Of a stretch of 53,868 nt of DNA, positions 39,619 to 48,881 are shown piece after piece (the stretch's first letter is position 1; the number at the start of each line of letters is the position of its first letter). A program made the translations under genes and the position numbers. Below the pieces are notes generated by a model. That model was not told the DNA's origin, did not search any database, and worked only from the letters and a program-made list of their open reading frames with translations. Source of the DNA: Microcystaceae cyanobacterium (GTDB lineage: Bacteria > Cyanobacteriota > Cyanobacteriia > Cyanobacteriales > Microcystaceae); contig JBGTGT010000061.1 in the NCBI GenBank assembly GCA_041746575.1, positions 1 through 53,868 of the forward strand. The letters run 5' to 3'.

Positions 39619-41181
39619 ATGAGATTTTATCAATTTTTAACGACTTCTTTCTTGGCAATCATACCAATTTCTTTGAATGCCACCTCAAGCTATTCTTTCA
39701 ATTTAATTAATAATAGTATTAATTTTCTCCTTACCTATACTACTTCTAAAGGTGATAATGGTACTGTTTGGGTAGATCCTATCCAAAAGCTATCACCGCC
39801 TAGTGAAAAATTTTTGCAAGAATTTAGAAAGCAATTTCCTGATTGGGAATTTTCATCTTCCTATAGACCTATTTATGGTGATTTAGTCGTCAATAATTAC
39901 ACTGCTTGTACTCCAACACTTAGTCTTTGTAATTCGTTGGGGTTTGTCGGAGGACTTTTAGATCTTGATTATATACCCAAAAAGTTTGATATTTTTGATC
40001 CAGAATTAGGTAAAGAAATTAAATACACTGATTTTCCTGATCCTAATACTGGTAGGGTACATTGAATTCAATGGGTAGAAAGCAATCACAGCATTTCTCC
40101 TGATATTCATAGTCTTAAAGAGCGAGTTCTTGATACTCGTTCTCAAACGCCGTTCTATTACGGTGAAAGATTATCTAAAAATTTTTCAGACAGCAATTAT
40201 TTTTTAGTAAATAAAAAAGATCCCTACTTTTTTTATGACACTTCTCTAAGAAACGATATCAGTGAAGACCACGACTGGACAGCTAATTTATTTCTTGCCT
40301 ATCAAAGCTACAATAATAATGAACCGAAAAAAGTAGATATTTTTGGCGGTATTCATTGGGGATGGCATAATGTGGTAGAAGCCTCTTGTCCCAACCCCTC
40401 TAATCTTAAAGCACAAGAAGAAGAAGATAATTGTAAACTCGATTTAGCCTTAGTTTTCGACACTACTAGCAGCATGGGTGACGAAATCGATGAAGTCAAA
40501 AACTCAGCGACTGAAATTGTCACCAAACTCTTTGCTAAATTTCCTGATTCTAGAGTCTCAATTGTAGATTATCAAGATCGCTATCCCAGAGGATATCCTG
40601 AAGATTATCCCTATAACGCTGTGCTACCTTTTTCTGATACCATCACCAGTATTACAGATGCTATTAATAACCTCTCTCTTGGCGATGGGGGTGACTATCC
40701 TGAAACCGCTTACACCGCTTTAATTAATACCCTGCAAGCAAATCAACTGGGAGGATGGCGAGAAGATGCCGAAAAAGCGATTATTCTCTTTACGGATGCG
40801 CCACCTCATGATCCCGAACCGATTACAGGTTATACTTTAGAGGATGTGATTAATGCCAGTCAAAATCCTGCAACCATTGATATCAATTTAGCTTCTCTTT
40901 CCTTAACTAATACCACCAATAAGCCTGTTTCCATTTACACAGTTTTATTAGAAAATGATGAAGATGCTTTAACTATATTCTCTGAACTTTCTGGACAAAC
41001 AGGCGGAAAAGTATATCAATCAACCGATATTGTAGCCAGTTTCTTAGATGCCATTACTGATATTGAAGAAAAGATTGCTAATTCTCCTAATCAAACTGTT
41101 CCTGAACCGAGTAATCTCTTCGGATTATTCATTATCGTTTTGGGTAGTATCTTAAAATTAAAACACTCTTCTCAGGATTGA
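39619..41181 (+). pseudogene. secreted PEP-CTERM protein with VWA domain, one in-frame TGA
   Basis: Signal peptide; the frame is continuous through TGA 40063-40065 (VH*IQW) into the 40372 ORF; MIDAS FDTTSS; VPEPS plus TM helix and basic tail. Confidence 0.85.
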
Positions 41182-41355
41182 CTTTACCCAATGTTTGAAT
41201 TTGCCCTATTAATTTGCCCTATTGGATAATCATAACCTTTCTCACCCCAATAAAAATCATTAATTGATTACCCCACAGGCAACGACTACAATCTCTCCAG
41301 AAAAAGGGTAATTATCTCCCTGAACTTCTGCTTCTACTGCTGTCACTGTTTTACC
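41176..41355 (-). pseudogene. GMC oxidoreductase remnant
   Basis: GKTVTAVEAEVQGDNYPFSGEIVVVACGVIN and DFYWGEKGYDYPIGQI / IGQIQTLGK match separate segments of the 34733 GMC. Confidence 0.75.
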
Positions 41356-41402
41356 TAAACGATAAGCATTTTTGGGCAAATACTATTCGCCCTTAGCAGA
41401 AA

Positions 41403-42194
41403 TTATTGTTCGTGATAATTCCACAACAATCCTCCATCTACAAAGAAAGTTGTTCCTGTAATATAATTGGCATTGTCAGACCCTAAAAACGCCACCAAAG
41501 ACGCAACATCATTGGGTTGCCCTAAACGATTAAGGGGAATATTCTGTAAGAGGGCATTTAACTTTTCTGGGTCATTCAAAAGCTTTGTATTAATCGGCGT
41601 TTCAATAGCACCGGGGGCAACGTTATTAATCGTAATGCCGTAAGCTCCTAATTCTACTGCTAAATTACGCGCCATCATTTTCATGCCCCCTTTACTAAGA
41701 CAATAAGGCGCAAAATTCGGAAAGGGTAAATCTTCATGAACCGAACTAATATTAATAATTTTGCCGGTTCGTTTATTTTCCAAAAGATACTTAACAAATT
41801 CTTGAACCGCAAAAAATGACCCTTTGAGGTTCGTATCCATTACTAAATCATAATCGGCTTCGGTTACTTCCCAAAAAGGTGCGTGTCTTTCTAATCCGGC
41901 ATTATTTACTAAGATATCTAGCTGTCCAAAATGGGAAATACTACTATGTACTAGATAACGAACTTGATCAATATGACTGACATCGGATTGTTTGGAGGTG
42001 GCTATTCCTGAACAGGCGAAACAATTTCCTTTGCCTAACGCTTCAATTTTGGCGAGGGTTTCTTCTGCGCCTTCAGGGTGAGAACGGTAGCTAATAACGA
42101 CATTTGCTCCATCTTCGGCCAGCTTAATCGCAATACTTTGCCCAATCCCTTGACTTCCCCCTGTAATTAGGGCAACTTTTCCCTTAAGTTTCAT
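41403..42194 (-). CDS. glucose 1-dehydrogenase-like SDR
   Basis: TGGSQGIG, NNAG, SSVHE, YCLSK and PGAIETPIN motifs. Confidence 0.9.
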   Translation of the reverse strand: MKLKGKVALITGGSQGIGQSIAIKLAEDGANVVISYRSHPEGAEETLAKIEALGKGNCFACSGIATSKQSDVSHIDQVRYLVHSSISHFGQLDILVNNAGLERHAPFWEVTEADYDLVMDTNLKGSFFAVQEFVKYLLENKRTGKIINISSVHEDLPFPNFAPYCLSKGGMKMMARNLAVELGAYGITINNVAPGAIETPINTKLLNDPEKLNALLQNIPLNRLGQPNDVASLVAFLGSDNANYITGTTFFVDGGLLWNYHEQ

Positions 42195-42270
42195 GGCGTT
42201 ACTCCTGTTAACTAAACAGTCTAATTGAATCTAGATTCATTGTTAAACAAACGAGCGCGTTTAAGGAAAG

Positions 42271-42298
42271 AGATAGTCAAGTTAAGGGAGCAGTTAAA
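42271..42298 (-). promoter_or_regulatory. 28-bp shared promoter motif, copy 4
   Basis: + strand AGATAG tcaa GTTAAG GGAGCA GTTAAA, 77 bp upstream of ATG 42194. Confidence 0.75.
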
Positions 42299-42490
42299 TC
42301 GGTATTGAATTCTGTCGCCAGAAATTCAACGTCCTATTTAATTGGATTGACTTAGACGTTAGTCCAATCTCTCTCTACAGAAAGATTAAGCGACCATTTA
42401 GAACTTGTTAGGTTTAATCAAGATAACTAAATCCCATTTTTTATAAAAAAGGGAAATCGTTATTTTGAAGAGTTCTTTAATTTGTTAAAT

Positions 42491-42976
42491 ATGAGTGTTC
42501 CATCCGTATCCTACGATAAAGTCAATCGAGTAACAGAATCGTTTTCTGCTCTGGCGATCGACGATCAATTAGCATTACTGTGGTTTATCTACCGAGAAAT
42601 GGGTAATTCTGTGACTCCCGCCGCACCTGGTGCAGCATCACCTGAAATTGCCGCCGGCTTGTTTGAACAAGTAAAAGAAAAACCTCAGCAAGAACAATTG
42701 TCAGCAATGCAAGAAATTGCCAGTGGTGCCAATACACAAATTAGCCGTGAATATGGCTCATTAAGCGCAAACACGAAGCTAGCTTTTTGGTATTTCTTGG
42801 CTCAAGGAATGGATGAAAAAACAATCATTTCTATGCCTGAAGATTATCAATTTGCTGAGCAGGGAAAACAATTGTTAAAAACAATATGTGAAATGGATTT
42901 TGAGGCACAAATTACATTTCTAAGAGATAGTGCCATGAAGATGGGAGCCGAACCCACCTCAGAAGAAATTATCTAA
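42491..42976 (+). CDS. hcp: helical carotenoid protein (OCP N-terminal domain homolog)
   Basis: DDQLALLWFIY.EMG.S.TPAAPGAA, ISREYG.LS.NTKL.FWY.LA and QITFLR...MG motifs. Confidence 0.93.
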   Translation: MSVPSVSYDKVNRVTESFSALAIDDQLALLWFIYREMGNSVTPAAPGAASPEIAAGLFEQVKEKPQQEQLSAMQEIASGANTQISREYGSLSANTKLAFWYFLAQGMDEKTIISMPEDYQFAEQGKQLLKTICEMDFEAQITFLRDSAMKMGAEPTSEEII

Positions 42977-42990
42977 AACACTGGATAAGT

Positions 42991-43012
42991 TGACGGGGGC
43001 ATCCCCCCGTCA
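42991..43012 (+). other. intergenic GC-rich hairpin
   Basis: TGACGGGGG-catc-CCCCCGTCA between hcp and CTDH; no U-tract. Confidence 0.65.
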
Positions 43013-43059
43013 GAGGACAAACTTACCTTGCTAGGCATTTTTTTAGCCACTCAACCAAT

Positions 43060-43482
43060 ATGACAGTAAGTCAATCTTCTTTAATAATTGATGGCGTAAC
43101 CCATTCTGTAATTCTGCGCTATTTTGAAACGATTAACAAAGGTGATTTTGCGGCAACTGCCCAATTATTTACTTCAGAAGGCGTATTGAAACCTCCTTTT
43201 GAAGTTGAGGTGATAGGAAAAGAAGCTATCACACACTATTTAGAAACCCATGCTAAAGGACTACAATTATATCCTCAGCAAGGAAATCCCACTATTCTAA
43301 ATGATAACTATCATCAAATCGACATTATTGGCAAAGCGGAAGTGTCAATTTTTAAAGTTAATATATCTTGGAAATTTACGCTCGATTCCCATCAAAAGAT
43401 TGCTAGCGTCGTCGTCAAATTATTGGCTTCCCCTCAAGAGTTATTACAATTAGGACGGCTAAATCAAGCCCGTCTTGATTAA
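43060..43482 (+). CDS. OCP C-terminal domain homolog (CTDH, NTF2-like)
   Basis: RYFET.N..DF.ATA.LF, L.PPFE, G.EAI..YL and KLLASPQELL motifs. Confidence 0.88.
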   Translation: MTVSQSSLIIDGVTHSVILRYFETINKGDFAATAQLFTSEGVLKPPFEVEVIGKEAITHYLETHAKGLQLYPQQGNPTILNDNYHQIDIIGKAEVSIFKVNISWKFTLDSHQKIASVVVKLLASPQELLQLGRLNQARLD

Positions 43483-43499
43483 ATAAAATAATTTTATGT

Positions 43500-43730
43500 T
43501 TAATCGGAATTGAATGATTGACCATCCGTAATCAAATATTGCAGATCTCGAATTTGGGGGCGATCAACAGTGGGATAGTAAACCTCTGCTAATACACCAT
43601 TCCAAACCGCAAACCAAACACGACTAGCTGTAAAGCAAGCGGTTCTAATACCATCTTTATTGGCATGAGTCCATAGAGGAGCCATTCCTGGCGTTCCGAA
43701 TGCTTGAGATTGATCGCGAAACTTAACCAT
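43500..43730 (-). pseudogene. GH15 glucoamylase N-terminal fragment
   Basis: AFG.PG..P.WT...KDG, SRVWF and EVYYPTVDRPQIRDLQYLITDG; stops after 76 aa. Confidence 0.8.
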
Positions 43731-43771
43731 ATATCTCGGCCATTTTTGATATTCAGTGTTGTGGGATCGGG

Positions 43772-44209
43772 CTATTGAATCGAGGGAGTTTCTTCAAACT
43801 GTACAATGACTAAAACAGCTGGTTCATGACCGACAGTGCCTGAAAGATGCCCTTTACGCCCCTGTGAGTCTTCTTTGGTATTCTGATCTGCTCCAAAGGA
43901 GATTTCACCCACTCCCATTTCCACCCGCCGCCCATCCATTGTTTCCACAAACCAGCATCCCGACAGGGGAATAATCCACTGTGGTTTCGGGTTTTCATGC
44001 CAAGTTCCCGTCCAGCCGACGGGTAGCACCATAAAGACAACCGTGCCACTTTCCTGCTTGATCTGCCCCATCCACTGAGGAGAGGCAGGGGGGGCAATAC
44101 TTTTGAGTTTGAAGTTCTGAATTTGGCGACGTTCTTGATGGCTGATTCCCTCGTCGTCCGTCCAAACGTGCCAATAGTCAATAGTAGGGGGTGATTGCTG
44201 ATCGTTCAT
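43772..44209 (-). CDS. cupin domain protein
   Basis: WHENPKPQWIIPLSG, ISFG.DQ and GHLSG motifs. Confidence 0.85.
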   Translation of the reverse strand: MNDQQSPPTIDYWHVWTDDEGISHQERRQIQNFKLKSIAPPASPQWMGQIKQESGTVVFMVLPVGWTGTWHENPKPQWIIPLSGCWFVETMDGRRVEMGVGEISFGADQNTKEDSQGRKGHLSGTVGHEPAVLVIVQFEETPSIQ

Positions 44210-44265
44210 GGTATAGTTACCTCTTTTGCTTTAAATTGGATGTGAACTGTCGGTCAAAATAGGTT

Positions 44266-44318
44266 GCTAAATCGTTAATTCATTAACAATCATTGTTACG
44301 CTTTATTAACGATTTAGC
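44266..44318. repeat. nested inverted repeat
   Basis: GCTAAATCGTTAAT/ATTAACGATTTAGC (14 bp, perfect) enclosing TAACAAT/ATTGTTA. Confidence 0.7.
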
Positions 44319-44462
44319 CTCAACAAAGATATTACGAATCTCGGATTCAAGCCGATCAATTGCCTGAGTAATCTCCTCAGCAGACAAATCGCGATGAAAC
44401 TGAATTTCGATGTTTAATAGCACTTCATGGGGTCCGAAATATAAAGTCAGCAACCGTTGAAT
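44283..44462 (-). pseudogene. cation diffusion facilitator C-terminal remnant
   Basis: IQRLLTLYFGPHEVLLNIEIQFHRDLSAEEITQAIDRLESEIRNIFVEAKSL; no start codon or TM domain. Confidence 0.7.
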
Positions 44463-44542
44463 CGGACAGAACCAGCGATCGCACTGTTAGAGGCAATGGC
44501 CGCATAGATTATTTTGTGTGAAGATCCAGTCGCCATACTGCC

Positions 44543-45220
44543 TTACCAAATATACAAAAGTGAAAATAAGATCACCCACATCCCATCGACGAAGTGCCAG
44601 AACAACGTCGTTGCACTCACCCCAAAATGACCATTGTTGTAGTTACCCCGAATCAGCGATCGCACTAACATGATCACCTGCAAAATCACACCACTGAGAA
44701 CGTGTAATCCATGAAAGCCGGTCAAAATATAGAACATTGCGCCCATCAATCCAGTTGTCAAGCCAAAATCTAAGTTGCTCCATTCGATCCCCTGTCCAAC
44801 AAGAAAATAGGCTCCCATCAAGGCAGTCATCAGCCACAAAATCCGGAACCGACGAAGATGATGGCGACTCAACGCTCGTTCCGCGAATTGAATGACGGCA
44901 CTACTAGAGAGTAAAATCAGCGTATTAATGACGACAAAGGTAGACAATTCTGGGCCTGAAACACCGGGAGGTAGCCAGTCAGGGGTTAACAGTCGTAAAG
45001 CAATATAGGTAAAAAAGAAGCTAAAAAAAACAATACTTTCCGATAATAGAAACACCGTCATCCCAAACATCCCTTTACCATGGTGATCTTTATGGCTACC
45101 GCCTCCGCTTGGCAAAAACCGTTGTAACCAATCTGGCAACTTCTGCCGCAGGCGTTCCAAGTTAATGGGACTTTCATCGGCGTGAGTTCGTCTAGGCTCG
45201 GTAGCTTTATTGTGCGTCAT
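44543..45220 (-). CDS. ctaEII: heme-copper oxidase subunit III (ARTO type)
   Basis: FLLSES, NTLILLSSS, FYILTGFHGLHV and FWHFVD motifs. Confidence 0.88.
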   Translation of the reverse strand: MTHNKATEPRRTHADESPINLERLRQKLPDWLQRFLPSGGGSHKDHHGKGMFGMTVFLLSESIVFFSFFFTYIALRLLTPDWLPPGVSGPELSTFVVINTLILLSSSAVIQFAERALSRHHLRRFRILWLMTALMGAYFLVGQGIEWSNLDFGLTTGLMGAMFYILTGFHGLHVLSGVILQVIMLVRSLIRGNYNNGHFGVSATTLFWHFVDGMWVILFSLLYIW

Positions 45221-45261
45221 GGCGAAAAGATATTTTGCTCCCTCCAAAAAAATAAAACAAA

Positions 45262-46935
45262 TTATTCATCATGAGAAGCCTCCTCACCCGATTGTGTTGC
45301 AGTATCTTCCCCATAAGCTTGGGGATTACCGTAATTGTAGGGTGGAAAAATGACTTGAGGAATTTCGGCAAAATTTTCTCTAGGTGGTGGTGAAGAGGTT
45401 GTCCACTCTAAACCCGTTGCCTCCCAAGGATTATTAGTTGCTCTCGATCCGCCTAACACTGAGCCAACCATATTGGCAATAAAGGGTAGGGTAGAAACAC
45501 CCAATAAAAACGCTCCCAAGCTGGCAATTACATTCCATCCTTGATACTCTGGCGGATAGGAGGCAATACGGCGCACCATGCCCTGTAGACCCAAGGGATG
45601 CATCGGAAAAAATGTCAGATTTGCGCCAATAAACGTCAGCCAGAAATGTAATTTGCCCCATCCTTCTGCATACATACGTCCCGTTATTTTAGGAAACCAG
45701 AAGTAAATCGCCGCAAAGATGGCCATTGTGATGGTATTAAAGACAATGTAGTGAAAATGTCCCACGACAAAGTAGGTATTATTGACATGCAGATCGAAGG
45801 CATTAGAAGCGAGCATGACCCCCGTAATGCCTCCAAAAATAAACATAGCAGCACCCCCCATGGCGAAAAGCATGGGAGTATCTAAATGAAGTCTGCCTCG
45901 CCAAATGGTAGCAGTCCAGCCAAAGACTTTGACCCCAGTCGGGACAGCCACCAGCATCGAGGTCACCACAAACAGCATTCGCATCCAGTCAGGAGTCGCA
46001 CTGGCAAACATATGATGCGCCCAGACGAAGATACTAACAAGAGCAATGCCTAAAGACGCGATCGCCAAGGAGCGATAGCCAAAGAGGGGATTACGAGCAA
46101 AAGCAGGCAGCACTTCGGCAAAAATACCAAAAGCAGGCAATGCCATAATGTAAACAGCAGGATGAGAATAAAACCAGAACAGATGTTGATAAATGATCGG
46201 ATCACCCCCTTCTGATGGCCTAAAAATACTGGTTCCAAAAGTAAGATCGAACATCAACAAAATCAATGCACCTGTTAGAGAGGGCAGATTGACGAGTTGT
46301 AGTAATTGGGCGCTAAGCACTGACCAGACAAAGACAGGCATCCGAAAAAAGGTCATGCCCGGTGCCCTCAACCAAACAATCGTCGTGACGAAATTAACAG
46401 CACCCATGATCGAAGAAATCCCCAGCAGAATCAGGCTGATGATCCAAATCAGTTGCCCGGAGGGTGCTTGCAGACTGACCGGCGGATACGACCACCAACC
46501 CGCCTGCGCCGGTCCATTAGGCAAAAGAAAGCTTGATATGAGCAAAATTCCAGCTGGGGGGATAATCCAGAATGAAATAGCATTTAGCAATGGAAACGCC
46601 ATATCTCGTGCGCCCAGCATTAATGGAACCAAATAGTTAGCCAGTCCTGCATTGAAGGGAATAATCCACAAGAAGATCATCACCGTTCCGTGCAGAGTAA
46701 AGAGCGCATTGTAAAGCGGGCGATCAACCAGATTTAACTCAGGTGTAATCAGTTCAGCCCGCACGAACATCGCCATTAGTCCGCCAAGCAGAAAAAAGAT
46801 GAAGGTTGTAATAATGTACTGTACGCCAATGACTTTATGATCGGTACTGAAACGAAAATAACGTCGCCAGTCGCTCTTCTCTAGTTGAGCAGATTCAATG
46901 GTGTTATCGCCACGCTTAATCGAGGGATTCGTCAT
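45262..46935 (-). CDS. ctaDII: heme-copper oxidase subunit I (ARTO type)
   Basis: TDHKVIG, LHGTVMIF, WFYSHPAVY, WAHHMF and GHFHY motifs; the Mg-site HD is replaced by NN (HVNNTY). Confidence 0.92.
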   Translation of the reverse strand: MTNPSIKRGDNTIESAQLEKSDWRRYFRFSTDHKVIGVQYIITTFIFFLLGGLMAMFVRAELITPELNLVDRPLYNALFTLHGTVMIFLWIIPFNAGLANYLVPLMLGARDMAFPLLNAISFWIIPPAGILLISSFLLPNGPAQAGWWSYPPVSLQAPSGQLIWIISLILLGISSIMGAVNFVTTIVWLRAPGMTFFRMPVFVWSVLSAQLLQLVNLPSLTGALILLMFDLTFGTSIFRPSEGGDPIIYQHLFWFYSHPAVYIMALPAFGIFAEVLPAFARNPLFGYRSLAIASLGIALVSIFVWAHHMFASATPDWMRMLFVVTSMLVAVPTGVKVFGWTATIWRGRLHLDTPMLFAMGGAAMFIFGGITGVMLASNAFDLHVNNTYFVVGHFHYIVFNTITMAIFAAIYFWFPKITGRMYAEGWGKLHFWLTFIGANLTFFPMHPLGLQGMVRRIASYPPEYQGWNVIASLGAFLLGVSTLPFIANMVGSVLGGSRATNNPWEATGLEWTTSSPPPRENFAEIPQVIFPPYNYGNPQAYGEDTATQSGEEASHDE

Positions 46936-47840
46936 GAGTCGCCCTCCTGAGACGCAGAAGATTTCTTTGCCACCGGTTCAGCCGCTAACTCAGTATTCCA
47001 TCCCGTTTTGAATAGTGTCTTGGGGGGTTGTAAGTGTTCAGCCATTACGGGATCTATCACGGGTATTGACTGTTGAGCGATAGTAACAAGCCACTGATGG
47101 TAAGCCTCTGTCGACTCCACAATCACATCTGCTGTCATTAAGGCAAAGTAAGTGCCGCTATACTGCGAGTCTTGCAAGCGGTATTTGCCAATACGGGTAG
47201 GTCTTACAACTAAACCAATATCGCGTCCGGGTACTATATCTTGCTTGAGTCGAAAAGCGGGTACATAAAACCCATGAATGACATCTTTTGCCTGTAAATC
47301 CAGTCGGGTGCTTTGATTGACAGGTAAATGTAGTTCATGACTGGTTGTCTGATTGGGATACTGAAATGTCCAATCCCATTGTTTTGCCATCACCTGAATT
47401 TGCTCAGTAGCGGGATTAGATTGATCGGAGGTAGCATAAGCAGGAGATTCTAAAGGTAAATGAACGATCTGCTTGAGGCCAAGAATGTTTAACTGTTGGT
47501 AAATATTAATGTTTTGAGCCGCGATCCATAACACAAGTAGCGTTGGAGTTACAGTCCAGAGAATTTCCAGTTTGGCACTCCCTCTAGACGGATGTCCTTC
47601 ACTGTAGTCATCTGGTTTCGCCCGAAAGAATAAAACGGAGTAGAGCATCATGCCCACCAATCCTAGTAAAACAAACGCACCGACTGACACCAGAAAGCTA
47701 AATAAATCATCCACGCGCTGGGCTTCTGCGGTTGCTTGGGGCGGTAACCAAGTGTAGGCTTGTTGCCCAATCCAGCGACTAATGAAAATTATTCCAGCGA
47801 TAAAAATAGACAGTAGAAAATATTCGAGAACTTTTAGCAT
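46932..47840 (-). CDS. ctaCII: heme-copper oxidase subunit II lacking CuA (ARTO type)
   Basis: LEILWT and DVIHGF motifs; the CuA motif is replaced by DSQYSGTYFALM. Confidence 0.9.
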   Translation of the reverse strand: MLKVLEYFLLSIFIAGIIFISRWIGQQAYTWLPPQATAEAQRVDDLFSFLVSVGAFVLLGLVGMMLYSVLFFRAKPDDYSEGHPSRGSAKLEILWTVTPTLLVLWIAAQNINIYQQLNILGLKQIVHLPLESPAYATSDQSNPATEQIQVMAKQWDWTFQYPNQTTSHELHLPVNQSTRLDLQAKDVIHGFYVPAFRLKQDIVPGRDIGLVVRPTRIGKYRLQDSQYSGTYFALMTADVIVESTEAYHQWLVTIAQQSIPVIDPVMAEHLQPPKTLFKTGWNTELAAEPVAKKSSASQEGDS

Positions 47841-48073
47841 TTCAATTTCATATCAGTGCGAATTTAGTTTGCTACACGATCAACTTGAGTTTGAAAAAAT
47901 CTTAAGAGAAAATAGCAGATTCTACATCTAGCTAATGGAAGTATATAAGAATCGGAAAGCAAACAAACAGTGATAAATTTTTTTTGACGAAATCTTCTCA
48001 AAACGTCAGACGATAGCTGATGAAGAAGGCAGGATAAACGGGAAAGTCCATCTCCCTCAACTAGCAACTTGGG

Positions 48074-48583
48074 TTACCTAAATAAAAGAGCGTCCAGTGA
48101 GAATGCACCCGGCCCGAAAACAGCGATCGCCATTAATATTAGGCAGTACATAAAGGCTTTTTCCCAACTGGGGGGTTCGCCTTTGCCTTTGGGACCTTCA
48201 TACTGTCCTTCTGGAATTAGATAGGGATCGCGAGCAACGAAGGGCAATCCCTGCGAAATTTCCAGCCCCAGCGCAAAAATCATCGAACCGAGAATAGTAA
48301 CACTGGCCAAAGGTGTGAGGAATCCCAAAATCAAACACACCCCTCCAGCAATCATTGAGAATGCCGAAAGAAGACAGAGGACAATGGGCATTTTGAGGGA
48401 ATTTGCCCATGTTTTTAAATGCGTTAACTTGGGGTAGCCGTGCAGCAGAAATAACACTCCTGTACTGACTCTAAAAATCAGCAAGACAATCCCTTCAATA
48501 CCTGCTGGAAATCCAAGGTAAAAGAATTGAAAAACCTTTACTAGAAACATTTCGCCTGGGATGCTGGCAAAGTGGTCGAACAT
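48074..48583 (-). CDS. DoxX family membrane protein (start uncertain, 48550-48616)
   Basis: R...G.LF..HGYPK, LGFLTPLA and GPGAFSLD motifs. Confidence 0.85.
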   Translation of the reverse strand: MFDHFASIPGEMFLVKVFQFFYLGFPAGIEGIVLLIFRVSTGVLFLLHGYPKLTHLKTWANSLKMPIVLCLLSAFSMIAGGVCLILGFLTPLASVTILGSMIFALGLEISQGLPFVARDPYLIPEGQYEGPKGKGEPPSWEKAFMYCLILMAIAVFGPGAFSLDALLFR

Positions 48584-48881
48584 TGGAAATGTAAGCGTTA
48601 GCAACGCTCCTGTCAAATCTATGTTTAATTGTAGAGACTAAAATCGAAATAGTGATAAGATCGCAGAAATTTATTTCAACGGCATAGGATACCGAGCGAT
48701 TGAACGCATCACGGAAATCCATCATGCGACAATTATGAGCGGATAATCCTACTTTAGCCGAGATTAATGAGCTTAAAACTTATCTTGGTCAGAAAGCAAA
48801 CAAAATATGAGTTTGGACAGCCCTTAATCATTTTTCTGCATGCTCAACACTGTATTCAGCAACGCCAACTTTTCAGGTAAA

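Noticed and set aside
40063..40065. TGA as selenocysteine
   Set aside because: The context suggests Trp, there is no redox motif, and no obvious SECIS hairpin follows.
22787..42298. The 28-bp motif as a Pho box or NtcA site
   Set aside because: The TTAA period is 12 bp rather than 11, there are no phosphate genes, and GTA-N8-TAC is absent.
46193..46636. Antisense or alternate-frame ORFs such as 110-412, 12891-13256, 26167-26403, 35415-35855, 46193-46636 and 49093-49431
   Set aside because: They shadow well-supported genes and show no recognisable motifs.
47864..48725. Short ORFs 47864-48067 and 48495-48725 around doxX
   Set aside because: No recognisable motif or convincing RBS; treated as non-coding.
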